From Candidatus Sysuiplasma jiujiangense (GTDB taxonomy: Archaea > Thermoplasmatota > Thermoplasmata > Sysuiplasmatales > Sysuiplasmataceae), in contig JAHEAD010000009.1 of assembly GCA_019721075.1 (NCBI GenBank), positions 29,888 through 93,887 on the forward strand: a DNA stretch of 64,000 nt. The letters are read 5' to 3'. Numbering within the stretch: the first letter of the stretch is position 1; each line of letters starts with the position of its first letter. Positions 10,521 to 19,313 of the stretch are shown here, in pieces. The position numbers were made by a program, and so were the translations under genes. The notes under the pieces are model-generated. The model ran no database searches. It saw only the letters and a list, made by a program, of their open reading frames with translations, and was not told the DNA's origin.

Positions 10521-10636
10521 ACATATCCCCACAGTCACATAGGGAACGGAAATTCAGTCTCCGGTAGTGACAGATGTGCTGAAGCAGGTAATTCTCATCT
10601 CTGCAAACAGCATTAATAAGAGCGTGTTTTTACCGA

Positions 10637-12460
10637 TTGACAATGAAAACCTTCGTCGAGAATGAATTTGACGAGTACAGGATTGAAAATCACGGAATAA
10701 TCGGAGACACCTATACAGCGGCACTGATCACTGTTAAGGGCACGATTGACTGGTGCTGCTTTCCCATAATGGATTCGGATGCCGTTTTTTCGTCGTTGCT
10801 TGACAGGGATAAGGGAGGGGAGTTCAGAATCGACGTTTCCGGCGCGATATCGTATTCACAGCGCTATCTCAGGAACACAAATGTACTCGAAACCGCAATT
10901 ATTTCTGAAACAGGGAAAATGAAAATTGTTGATTACATGCCTGTCGAGCTCCACCACGAGCATTATCACAGCTTCATATATTCAAGGCGTGAAATACACA
11001 GGATCATCAGTGTCGCTGAGGGAAGCGTGAAGTTTAAGATTGTGTTCAGACCGGGATTTGGCTTCGGACTCCGCAAGGCTGCATTCAAAAGAGTTGGCGG
11101 TGGCATTGTTGCCTCACACGGGACTGAAACGTTTTCAATTTCCGGTATCGAAAAGTTGAAGGCTGAGAGGCTCTGCGGCTCAGCGGAAATTTCCATGAAA
11201 AAGGGCATGGAGAAAGCGCTAGTAATGAGATGGAACGAGTCTGACCCTGTACCGTTCAACCCTTCCGTCGCAAAAGATTACCTCAAAAATACCATATCAT
11301 TCTGGCGCAATTGGGTTTCCGGGTCCTCATACAGCGGTAAATGGAAAGACGAGGTTATGAGATCTGCACTCGTGCTGAAGCTGCTCACTTATTCTCCCAC
11401 CGGTGCCATCTGCGCTGCCGCGACGACAAGTCTGCCTGAATCAATCGGAGGTGAGCGTAACTGGGATTACAGGTATTCCTGGATTCGCGATTCATCCTAC
11501 GCCCTGAGCGCGTTCAACCTGCTCGGCCACAGGGAGGAAGAGGAACGCTACTTCATGTGGCTGCTTCATCTTCTCAGGGGGAGAGCGACGAGTCCCGAGA
11601 GATTGAGGGTAATGTATACTGTCGAGGGCGACAATGTGCAGGATGAGATTAGTCTGAATGCGCTCGCCGGTTATGAAAACTCGCGTCCGGTAAGGGTGGG
11701 AAACGGTGCGACAGACCAGCTGCAGATTGATATCTTTGGGCCTATCATCGACGCAATATATTACACATTTTCGACGCCGGAAGTCCTGCCGGATCTTCTG
11801 TGGCGCATCGTGAAATCTGTCGCCGGCTATGTGCTTCTCAACTGGAACAGACCGGATATGGGAATATGGGAAATGAGAAACGGAAAAAAACGCCATACGC
11901 ACAGTGCAGTTATGTGCTGGATCGCACTTGACAGGGCCGCGAAAATTGCAGAAACTGCCGGGAATACTCTTACAGCAGGGAAATGGCGCAGGGCAGCGGA
12001 TGCCATCAGGCGGACAGTGCTACGTGACAGTTATGTAAGCGAGGGAGGCTATGTTTCAGGCATACTGAATCAGGCGTGGCTCGATGCGAGCGTTCTGGTA
12101 ATGGCTGATGCAGGCATAATAGATGCAAAGGATCCTGTATTCTCGTCGACACTGGATATGGTATCGGCACATCTTATGAGGGACGGACTCGTCTACAGAT
12201 ATCTCGGAAAGGACGGCCTGAAAGGCAATGAAGGCGCATTTTTACTGTGCACCTTCTGGTACATCGAGGCGCTGTGCCTGGCAGGAAAGCGGAGGGAAGC
12301 TGAAAATCTTTTCAAACGCATGCTGCGCCGAAGCAACCACCTTGGGCTGCTTTCCGAAGAGATTGAACCTTCGGATGGAAGATTCCTCGGCAACTTCCCG
12401 CAGGCTTTCAGCCATCTCGGACTCATAAAATGCGCTTGCCGGCTTGCCGGCAGGGAATAA
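10637..12460 (+). CDS. Glycoside hydrolase family 15 (glucoamylase/glucodextranase-like)
   Basis: WDYRYSWIRDSSYALSAFNLLGH and the (alpha/alpha)6 barrel region are typical of archaeal GH15; 607 aa. Confidence 0.8.
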   Translation: MTMKTFVENEFDEYRIENHGIIGDTYTAALITVKGTIDWCCFPIMDSDAVFSSLLDRDKGGEFRIDVSGAISYSQRYLRNTNVLETAIISETGKMKIVDYMPVELHHEHYHSFIYSRREIHRIISVAEGSVKFKIVFRPGFGFGLRKAAFKRVGGGIVASHGTETFSISGIEKLKAERLCGSAEISMKKGMEKALVMRWNESDPVPFNPSVAKDYLKNTISFWRNWVSGSSYSGKWKDEVMRSALVLKLLTYSPTGAICAAATTSLPESIGGERNWDYRYSWIRDSSYALSAFNLLGHREEEERYFMWLLHLLRGRATSPERLRVMYTVEGDNVQDEISLNALAGYENSRPVRVGNGATDQLQIDIFGPIIDAIYYTFSTPEVLPDLLWRIVKSVAGYVLLNWNRPDMGIWEMRNGKKRHTHSAVMCWIALDRAAKIAETAGNTLTAGKWRRAADAIRRTVLRDSYVSEGGYVSGILNQAWLDASVLVMADAGIIDAKDPVFSSTLDMVSAHLMRDGLVYRYLGKDGLKGNEGAFLLCTFWYIEALCLAGKRREAENLFKRMLRRSNHLGLLSEEIEPSDGRFLGNFPQAFSHLGLIKCACRLAGRE

Positions 12461-12530
12461 AAAAAGAAGAGAAAGAGAAAACGGTTTGGGGGCCGCGCGC
12501 CTTCCGCGGACGGTTCTCCGCTTCTACCAG

Positions 12531-14207
12531 TTACATCATGCCTGGCGGCATACCGCCCATACCACCCATGCCGCCCATGCCGGGTGGCATTCCGCCTGCT
12601 CCTCCTGGTGGTGCGGCAGACTCCGAACCTCTCTTTGCAGCTATCACGTCATCTATACGGAGTATCATCACTGCCACTTCAGTCGCGGACGCAAGCGCCT
12701 GTTTCTTGACCCTCAGCGGCTCCAGAACCTTTGCCCTGACCATATCCTTGATCTTTCCGCCGTCCACTGAAATACCTTCGGTGTTGCTGGAATTCTTTGC
12801 GCTGTGCCTGGTCTTCAGCTCAAGTATTGTATCTATAGGATCAAGACCCGCATTTTCGGCAAGCGTCCTTGGTATGCTCTCAAGAGCCGAGGCAAAGGCT
12901 TCTACTGCAAGCTGTTCCCTTCCGCCGACTGTGGACGCATAATCTCTCAACTTGAGCGAAAGCGCTATTTCGACGGCACCGCCTCCGGGAAGCATCTTTC
13001 CGTCTTCCGTTGCTGCAGATACGACACGGATGGCATCGTTGAACGCTCTCTCAAGTTCCTCGACTACATGTTCGGTGCCGGCACGGAGCAGGACGGTAAC
13101 TGACTTGGGGTTTTTACATCCTGTTATGAAAGTCATGTCCTCGTCTGAAACCTTTCGCTGTTCCACCCTTGCAGAGTGTCCGAGATCTTTTGATGTAATA
13201 TCCCTGAGATTCGCAACAAGTCTTCCGCCGGTTGCCCTGGCGAGCTTTTCCATATCCGATTTCTTGGCCCTCTGGACTGCATAAATTCCCTGCTTGGAGA
13301 GGTAGTACTGGACACTTTCGGAAATGCCCTTCTCACAGATGACGACGTTTGCTCCTGCGTTTATTATCATGTCTGCCATTTCATGAAGGGATTTCTCTTC
13401 CTGATCAAGGAATTTCTGAATCTGCGACGGCTCCCTGATCTGGATACTTGACGAAACTTCAGTCTTCTTTATCTCCAGTGCCTGGCTGATAAGAGCGATT
13501 TTTGCACCGTCTACGTATTCCGGCATCCTCGAATGAACTCTTTCCTTGTCAATCACAATCCCCTGGATTAACTGCGAATCTGAGACAGCGGCGCCATGTT
13601 TCTTCTCCACCTTGATGTTTTCAGTGTCCGCCTTTACAACACCGTTCGACTCTTCAGTAACAGCCATGACGGCTTTGACTGCGAGATCTGCGATTATAGA
13701 CGGATTCCCGCCGACATTTTTGCCTGTTACAGCAGTCTCCGCAATGCTCTTCAATGACCTGGAATCCTTTCGGTCGAGTTCAATTGCCATCTTGTTCAGC
13801 AAAACCATTCCGTGCTCCTGGGCCATCTTGTAGCCGGCTGCGATTACAGTAGGATGCACATTTTTATCCACCAGTTCTTCCGATCTCTTGAGAAGCTCAC
13901 CGGCGAGCACGACTGCAGTTGTCGTGCCATCTCCCACTTCATTGTCCTGTGTCTTTGCGACCTCAACAAGCATCTTCGCAGCTGGATGCTCGACCTCGAG
14001 TTCCTTCATGATGGTAGCACCGTCATTTGTTATGACAACCTCTCCGAGGCTGTCAACGAGCATTTTGTCCATCCCGCTTGGACCGAGAGTTGATCGCACC
14101 GCCTCGGCCACCGCCACCGCGGCTGCAATGTTGTTGTGCCTTGCTGATTTGCCTGTATCTCTTTCCGTGCCTTCCCTGAGGATTATAACTGGCTGTCCTT
14201 GTAACAT
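12531..14207 (-). CDS. ths: Thermosome subunit (group II chaperonin)
   Basis: [15 protein letters not shown], the equatorial ATPase motif GDGTTT, and the C-terminal [14 protein letters not shown] tail. Confidence 0.95.
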   Translation of the reverse strand: MLQGQPVIILREGTERDTGKSARHNNIAAAVAVAEAVRSTLGPSGMDKMLVDSLGEVVITNDGATIMKELEVEHPAAKMLVEVAKTQDNEVGDGTTTAVVLAGELLKRSEELVDKNVHPTVIAAGYKMAQEHGMVLLNKMAIELDRKDSRSLKSIAETAVTGKNVGGNPSIIADLAVKAVMAVTEESNGVVKADTENIKVEKKHGAAVSDSQLIQGIVIDKERVHSRMPEYVDGAKIALISQALEIKKTEVSSSIQIREPSQIQKFLDQEEKSLHEMADMIINAGANVVICEKGISESVQYYLSKQGIYAVQRAKKSDMEKLARATGGRLVANLRDITSKDLGHSARVEQRKVSDEDMTFITGCKNPKSVTVLLRAGTEHVVEELERAFNDAIRVVSAATEDGKMLPGGGAVEIALSLKLRDYASTVGGREQLAVEAFASALESIPRTLAENAGLDPIDTILELKTRHSAKNSSNTEGISVDGGKIKDMVRAKVLEPLRVKKQALASATEVAVMILRIDDVIAAKRGSESAAPPGGAGGMPPGMGGMGGMGGMPPGMM

Positions 14208-14378
14208 CTTACACCTGATATAACCGATGAGCAGTTGATATTTAATCCTACTGAGTGAACAGGGTGAAACCGATATGGCAGGCTGCAGAAACGCGGTAAA
14301 GCTGAAATGCAGGCCTGCAGGTGCCGGAAATGTGTTCCCTGCACAAGCAGAACTCGCATACCGGAATTGCCTTAATTA

Positions 14379-15650
14379 TCAGAATTGATCGAGCCTTCTC
14401 TGCTCCCTGAAATTCCGGAGTACCTCACTGTGCGCCAGCCAGTCGTTCACCGGAATCTCAAGTATTCCGGAAGCATACTGAAGGGAGGCATCAAGTGTAT
14501 CAAAAGAAGAGGGCGTGCTCCTCAGGGTTTCCCTTACATGTTCCCTGACGTTCCAGACGCCCACAGGCATGATATAACCCGGATGGGCTTCCCGCAGTAT
14601 TACCGCACCGGCCTGTATCCTCTCCTTCCGGAGCAGTTCATTGACTGCGAGTCGGGCCGCATAGTAACATCCGCCGATTTCTGCATACTCCCTTCTTCCG
14701 CCGTAAAATTCGTGCGAGGAAATCATCCATATCTGCCTTCCGGAAGGGTTCCATGTGGTGTTGGGGTACCATGCTTCAATCAATTCGTAACGCCATGAGG
14801 ACGGCAGAAGTATGATAACCCAGCGATTGTCAAGAGCCGTGTATGAATAAACACGGAAATTCCAGAGCAGGTCGTTCTGCTTGTTTTCTGCCACAAGATG
14901 CTTCCCTATTAAATCGTCAACCGCCGTTATGCTCCACCTTGTCGGTACCATCTTCCTGTTTTTGCCCACACCGAGCACGCCGGCGCTGAAAGCACGCTGG
15001 ATGCCCGAAACCATGACATTTGAGTTGTAAAGACTCACCACACCTTCACCGGCAGGCAGATCAGTGTCGTAGAACGCCTTCTCTATTCTCGAATCGAACC
15101 TCCCCGATTCTGACTCGATTCTTTCTATTCTGCCAGATCGTCCGAATGGCTGAATATCGTCATCAAGGGCTATCACAACCTTTGGCTCTTTCCTGAATTT
15201 TACCTCCATCGAAGGTGAGCTGCCGGCCATTGAAATTTCCTGTACCATAGTGTAAATTTTATCCCCTTCCGGCCTGTCGATCCTTATGGAATGCTTCCCG
15301 CGTATAAGTGAAAATCTCATCTGTGTTATATCTTCAAGCTTCTTTCCAACCCACCTTTCGGGAGTGTCTAGGATGCTGACGTTTTCAGTCACGGGAGTGA
15401 TAAAAGGGCCAATGTCGACCTTCGGATATCCGAACCGCCCAATAAAGACACCAGGAGGGGACATTCCGTCCATCTCCGTTTGGGAGGTGAGTTTCCTGAC
15501 ACTGCTGTCTGCATAGTATTTGACAAGTATCGGGCAGACGGGTTTGCCGCATAGCATTTTCGTTCCCCTGCACCTGACGCAGATGGAAACTGCATAGGGG
15601 GTCCTGGGATTGGCAAATATATCCTCCGCTTCATGCAACTGATACTGCAT
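14379..15650 (-). CDS. Nre-family putative DNA repair protein (DUF650/DUF651-like)
   Basis: N-terminal Cys cluster CVRCRGTKMLCGKPVCP and ~420 aa length. Assigned by recollection of the family, not by a checked alignment. Confidence 0.45.
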   Translation of the reverse strand: MQYQLHEAEDIFANPRTPYAVSICVRCRGTKMLCGKPVCPILVKYYADSSVRKLTSQTEMDGMSPPGVFIGRFGYPKVDIGPFITPVTENVSILDTPERWVGKKLEDITQMRFSLIRGKHSIRIDRPEGDKIYTMVQEISMAGSSPSMEVKFRKEPKVVIALDDDIQPFGRSGRIERIESESGRFDSRIEKAFYDTDLPAGEGVVSLYNSNVMVSGIQRAFSAGVLGVGKNRKMVPTRWSITAVDDLIGKHLVAENKQNDLLWNFRVYSYTALDNRWVIILLPSSWRYELIEAWYPNTTWNPSGRQIWMISSHEFYGGRREYAEIGGCYYAARLAVNELLRKERIQAGAVILREAHPGYIMPVGVWNVREHVRETLRSTPSSFDTLDASLQYASGILEIPVNDWLAHSEVLRNFREQRRLDQF

Positions 15651-15705
15651 CTTCTCTCTGAATTCCAGAAACAGATATTTAAACAGAACAACGGGGTAGC
15701 CGAAA

Positions 15706-16683
15706 TCAGCCGGCCCAGGAGTTGACCTCGATCAGATTGTCATTGACCGGAATGCTGCCGCTGCGAAGCATTCTGATGTTTGTCCCCCTTAGGCTGTAAC
15801 CCGCCCTCCTGAGCATATCGAGCGCAGAACGGCTTCCGGTATAAAACCTGACATTCATCCTGTCGCGTTCACTCTCAATCGCAACATCCTCACTTGCATT
15901 CATAAGGCAGCCTGCTTCCGGGGATGACGGGTCGAAACCTGAAAGGAGGAGCAGTCTGATGGATGCGTTAGTGGATCCGTCGGAGGTGCTGTAGGTGTAA
16001 ATGAGCGAGAAACCTCTGACCTCCCCGTCCTTGGTAAGAAAGAGCGTTTCGCCTGTCTTATGTTTCATTGAAAAATCAACTTCCCTTGAATAGTCCAGTT
16101 CCGGCATAGACGCGGTTGACAGCCTTCTGACCGCGTTTAGGGCACTGTCCCTGCCGATTTCATCAAAGGTGAGAACCCTGCAACCTTCAGGTTTCGCCGG
16201 CTCCCTCTTCACACCGGTAAGCGGCTTTTCCATCAGATAAGTTATCCTGTCTGGCAGGAAACCAAGATTGGAATAGAGAATCACGTTCTTCAGCGTCTCT
16301 GGCATCGTTTCAAGACCGATAACCGAACAGCCTGATCTGTCAAGATAGGAAAGTGCATTTCCGATCAGCTGCTTACCAATACCAGAATTCTGAAAATTCG
16401 GAAGAACTTCGACGGGGCCGAACCATCCGACCTTTCCCCATACGTGGCAGAACACGTCGCCAACGATGCGACCGTCAGATTCAGCCACTATGCATCCGCC
16501 CGGCTCCTTGTCGAGATAAAAAACAATATTCTTCCTGCTTCGCTTTGGAACCTGAAAATTCTGATGAAATTCCTTGGAATATAGATCTGACCATGCATTC
16601 TGACCCACTACCCTGACATCTTCGATGTCGCCTTCGCACATAGGTCTCGTCTGAACAGTCATCTTCCTCGAGAAAAGTCTCAT
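15706..16683 (-). CDS. GNAT family N-acetyltransferase with a C-terminal extra domain
   Basis: Acetyl-CoA binding motif VEVLPNFQNSGIGKQLIGNAL. Confidence 0.65.
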   Translation of the reverse strand: MRLFSRKMTVQTRPMCEGDIEDVRVVGQNAWSDLYSKEFHQNFQVPKRSRKNIVFYLDKEPGGCIVAESDGRIVGDVFCHVWGKVGWFGPVEVLPNFQNSGIGKQLIGNALSYLDRSGCSVIGLETMPETLKNVILYSNLGFLPDRITYLMEKPLTGVKREPAKPEGCRVLTFDEIGRDSALNAVRRLSTASMPELDYSREVDFSMKHKTGETLFLTKDGEVRGFSLIYTYSTSDGSTNASIRLLLLSGFDPSSPEAGCLMNASEDVAIESERDRMNVRFYTGSRSALDMLRRAGYSLRGTNIRMLRSGSIPVNDNLIEVNSWAG

Positions 16684-16780
16684 TTAGACGCTCCCGGACT
16701 GATGTACAGATGCGTCATTTAAATAAATCAACTTTTCTGGTGTGCCTTGAAAGATTCGCATTCGCCTTCACCTTCACCTT

Positions 16781-17563
16781 TCATGCTTGTGCCGTCTCAT
16801 TTATATCACTGCCTGGTCTCCTTTTCGGACGACCCGCAAAAAGATTCATAATCGCGACAGCCGAAGCTGCCGCTCCGACACCGTTGTCTATGTTCACCAC
16901 CGTCAGACCGGGGATGCAGGATTGCAGCATTGACGTAATTGCCGCGATGCCGCTGCCGCCGAAACCGTAACCTGTGGATACAGGAACGCCAATGACCGGT
17001 ATGTCGACAAGTGATGTGATGACTGAAGCAAGCGCACCCTCCATCCCTGCGAACACTATTGCTACTGCATAATCACCGCGCTGCAGTTCTGCCGCCACTT
17101 CCACAGTCCTGTGAAGGCCCGCGATTCCGCAGTCAAAAAAGCTGTCGTGTTTGCATTGCAGGATTTCCAGAATCGCCTCTGTTTCAGCAGCCACTCTAAT
17201 GTCTGATGAGCCGCCAGTGACGATTGCCGCTTTCAGCGGGAGATCGGAAAAACTGCTTTTCCACTTAAGCGGCACTATTGACAAAATCTCCGCATCGCCC
17301 CAGTACTTTGGCTTAATACCGGGCGGTATCCTCTTCAGAACTGCTCTCGTGACTGCTGCGCTTCTGGATTTGCCGATTTTCGATACGATTACCGGTTCAC
17401 CCGATTCGACGACCCTGATGCATATCTCTGTCAGCTGCCTAACGCTTTTGCCGGAGGAAAAGACTATTTCGGGAAAACCTTTCCTGTAAAAACGCGAAAT
17501 ATCATATTTCACAGCTTTACCTATCGCAAGCGTGTAATCATTTAGATATCTGTTCTTCCTCAT
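16781..17563 (-). CDS. larB: LarB-like (PurE-related) nickel-pincer cofactor biosynthesis carboxylase/hydrolase
   Basis: PurE-like C-terminal half (AIVTGGSSD, GMEGALASV, PVIGVPVSTGYGFGGSGIAAITSM) with the LarB-type N-terminal domain. The ORF track's longer version overlaps the tRNA; it is trimmed here to the internal ATG. Confidence 0.65.
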   Translation of the reverse strand: MRKNRYLNDYTLAIGKAVKYDISRFYRKGFPEIVFSSGKSVRQLTEICIRVVESGEPVIVSKIGKSRSAAVTRAVLKRIPPGIKPKYWGDAEILSIVPLKWKSSFSDLPLKAAIVTGGSSDIRVAAETEAILEILQCKHDSFFDCGIAGLHRTVEVAAELQRGDYAVAIVFAGMEGALASVITSLVDIPVIGVPVSTGYGFGGSGIAAITSMLQSCIPGLTVVNIDNGVGAAASAVAIMNLFAGRPKRRPGSDINETAQA

Positions 17564-17585
17564 AACCTCAATCCTGATCCGCAAC

Positions 17586-17686
17586 TGGCGCCGAGGGGGA
17601 GATTTGAACTCCCGAGGTGCAGTGCACCAGTGGCTTTCACGACTGGGTCTCGAGGCCACCGCTTTACCGGGCTGAGCTACCTCGGC
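17586..17686 (-). tRNA. tRNA-Ser(CGA) with a predicted 13-nt intron at the canonical 37/38 position, a long variable arm, and encoded CCA
   Basis: Hand fold: acceptor GCCGAGG/CCTCGGC, discriminator G, T-arm GGGAG-TTCAAAT-CTCCC, anticodon stem GTGGC/GCCAC, anticodon loop CTCGAGA, variable-arm hairpin GGTGC-ACT-GCACC, 3' CCA. Confidence 0.7.
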
Positions 17687-17739
17687 CTGAATACAAAGAA
17701 TGGAAACGTGTTTAAAACATTGTTGCATAGCAGGTTTCC

Positions 17740-17952
17740 GTGGAAGTGCACGTAGAGCTTCATGGCAGGGAACGCAGAGACTTCGATATACAGATTTTTC
17801 CGGGAATGACAGTTCTCGAAATTATGAAGAAAATTTCGGTCAACCCGGAAGGAGTGGTTACATTCAGGGGCGATGTGCCGGTTCCGGTGGACCAGGAAGT
17901 AAACGACGGCGATGAATTTGTTTTCATAGAAGCGGCTAGCGGCGGCGTGTGA
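17740..17952 (+). CDS. MoaD/ThiS-family ubiquitin-like small protein (SAMP-like); C-terminus ..SGGV
   Basis: 70 aa with a beta-grasp-like pattern and a C-terminal di-glycine followed by one extra residue (V). Confidence 0.5.
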   Translation: MEVHVELHGRERRDFDIQIFPGMTVLEIMKKISVNPEGVVTFRGDVPVPVDQEVNDGDEFVFIEAASGGV

Positions 17953-18035
17953 AAAATATTTGTCAACCATACGTCTGCAGTTTACCGGACTGTGAGAGTG
18001 CCGATGTTTGCTGCCTGTTCGGAGGTTTGTTTCAG

Positions 18036-18869
18036 TTGCATGGAAGAACTGTAGGATTTCAGGGAGAAAAGGGTGCGTACAGCGAGCAGGCGGCCATTGA
18101 ATACTATGGGGCGGATGTAGAGACAGTTCCACTGAGAACGGTAAGCGACGTATTCCTGGAAGTGGAGTCAGGTGGCGTCGATTCAGGAATTGTTCCTGTA
18201 GAGAATTCAATCGGCGGCAACATTTATGAAACATATGACATGCTCTCCGAAACCAGCCTGAACATTGCAGGCGAGACAATTCTCAGAATCGAGCACTGCC
18301 TTATCGGTGCCCGCGGATCAAAACTCCCGGACATCAAAACAGTCTATTCGCATCCCCAGGCTCTGGAACAGTGCAGGAACTACCTGAAGAAACTGAAGGT
18401 TGAAATGGTGAGCACTTATGACACAGCGGGAAGCGTCAGGATGATAAAGGAAGGCAATATGAGGGACTGTGCGGCAATAGCTGCCGAAAGAAACGCTTCA
18501 CTGTACGGCCTCGAGGTAATCGCAAAGGGCATTGAGGGATATGCCGGCAGTTTTACGAGATTTTTGATCATGTCGAAAGACAGAGGAGAAAGGATCGGAC
18601 CTTACAAAACATCCCTTATGTTTGGCGTCGATCACTCGCCGGGCTCCCTCTACAGGGCGCTTGAACCATTTGCGGAACTGGGCATAAACCTGAGCAAAAT
18701 AGAATCCAGACCGAAAAAAGGATTTCCATGGGAATACTACTTCTTCATGGATTTCGAAGGCGGAACTGATGAAACGGAATGTGCTCTTGCTGTTTCGAGG
18801 CTTCGCGGCCTGACACAGTACGTGAAAGTGCTTGGCTCGTACCGCAGGGCAATGCCTCCAAAGAAATGA
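18036..18869 (+). CDS. pheA: Prephenate dehydratase with C-terminal ACT domain
   Basis: GEKGAYSEQAA, TVYSHPQALEQC, the ESRP motif (SKIESRPKK) and the ACT region. The likely TTG start is preceded by GGAGGT. Confidence 0.8.
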   Translation: MHGRTVGFQGEKGAYSEQAAIEYYGADVETVPLRTVSDVFLEVESGGVDSGIVPVENSIGGNIYETYDMLSETSLNIAGETILRIEHCLIGARGSKLPDIKTVYSHPQALEQCRNYLKKLKVEMVSTYDTAGSVRMIKEGNMRDCAAIAAERNASLYGLEVIAKGIEGYAGSFTRFLIMSKDRGERIGPYKTSLMFGVDHSPGSLYRALEPFAELGINLSKIESRPKKGFPWEYYFFMDFEGGTDETECALAVSRLRGLTQYVKVLGSYRRAMPPKK

Positions 18870-19143
18870 CGAAGGCACATGGATATCGGATTGCAGTCGT
18901 CATCGTAAAAACAGACAAAACCGCGGCAACCGCATCGTATGCCGTTTTTGTGAAAAGGATGCTGCAGTTTATGGAAACGTAAAGTCCGTGAATGGACCGG
19001 ATGCCTCATCTGAATGCTGTCAGAGAAAATTGTCTGTCCAGGGAGAGGTTTCGCTTATACCGCACAGCAAATGCAGATGCGGAAAGATTTTGGTAGCAGA
19101 TTTCAGATGAGGGAAAGGTTTATTAGGCACGCTACAATGTGGC

Positions 19144-19218
19144 ATGCCGATGATGGCATTCATAGCTGCATCGGCGTCTTTTATCCAGGATGATGCAGCC
19201 TTGCTTTTGCCGAACTGA
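19144..19218 (+). other. Candidate leader mini-ORF (MPMMAFIAASASFIQDDAALLLPN) ending in three consecutive Leu codons, upstream of leuA
   Basis: Seen directly: a 24-codon ORF ending ttg-ctt-ttg-ccg-aac-tga, a TATA-like TTTATTA ~20 nt upstream, and overlapping alternative hairpins. Functional interpretation is inference. Confidence 0.3.
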
Positions 19219-19313
19219 GATCGGTCCGCTGTTTTGCCCGGTCTCCATACATTCGTGGTGGTATTTTGAAATCAGAATATTCTTCAGTGGAAAAAGTCGT
19301 CGGTGTTCGAGGC

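Noticed and set aside
12430-12942. 170-aa plus-strand ORF with a [14 protein letters not shown] proline-rich stretch
   Set aside because: Mirror image of the thermosome's GGM C-terminal tail on the opposite strand; antisense artefact.
17586-17686. Selenocysteine tRNA (because of the 101-nt length)
   Set aside because: The acceptor/T stems are 7/5 bp, not 9/4. The anticodon loop gives CGA with U33 and a purine at 37, and the extra length is explained by a 13-nt intron plus the Ser-type variable arm.
18832-19110. 92-aa Cys-rich ORF (CRFCEK…CCQRK…CRCGK) between pheA and leuA
   Set aside because: It starts inside the pheA 3' end in another frame and has no regular CxxC spacing. It was kept only as a remote possibility of a small Zn-binding protein.
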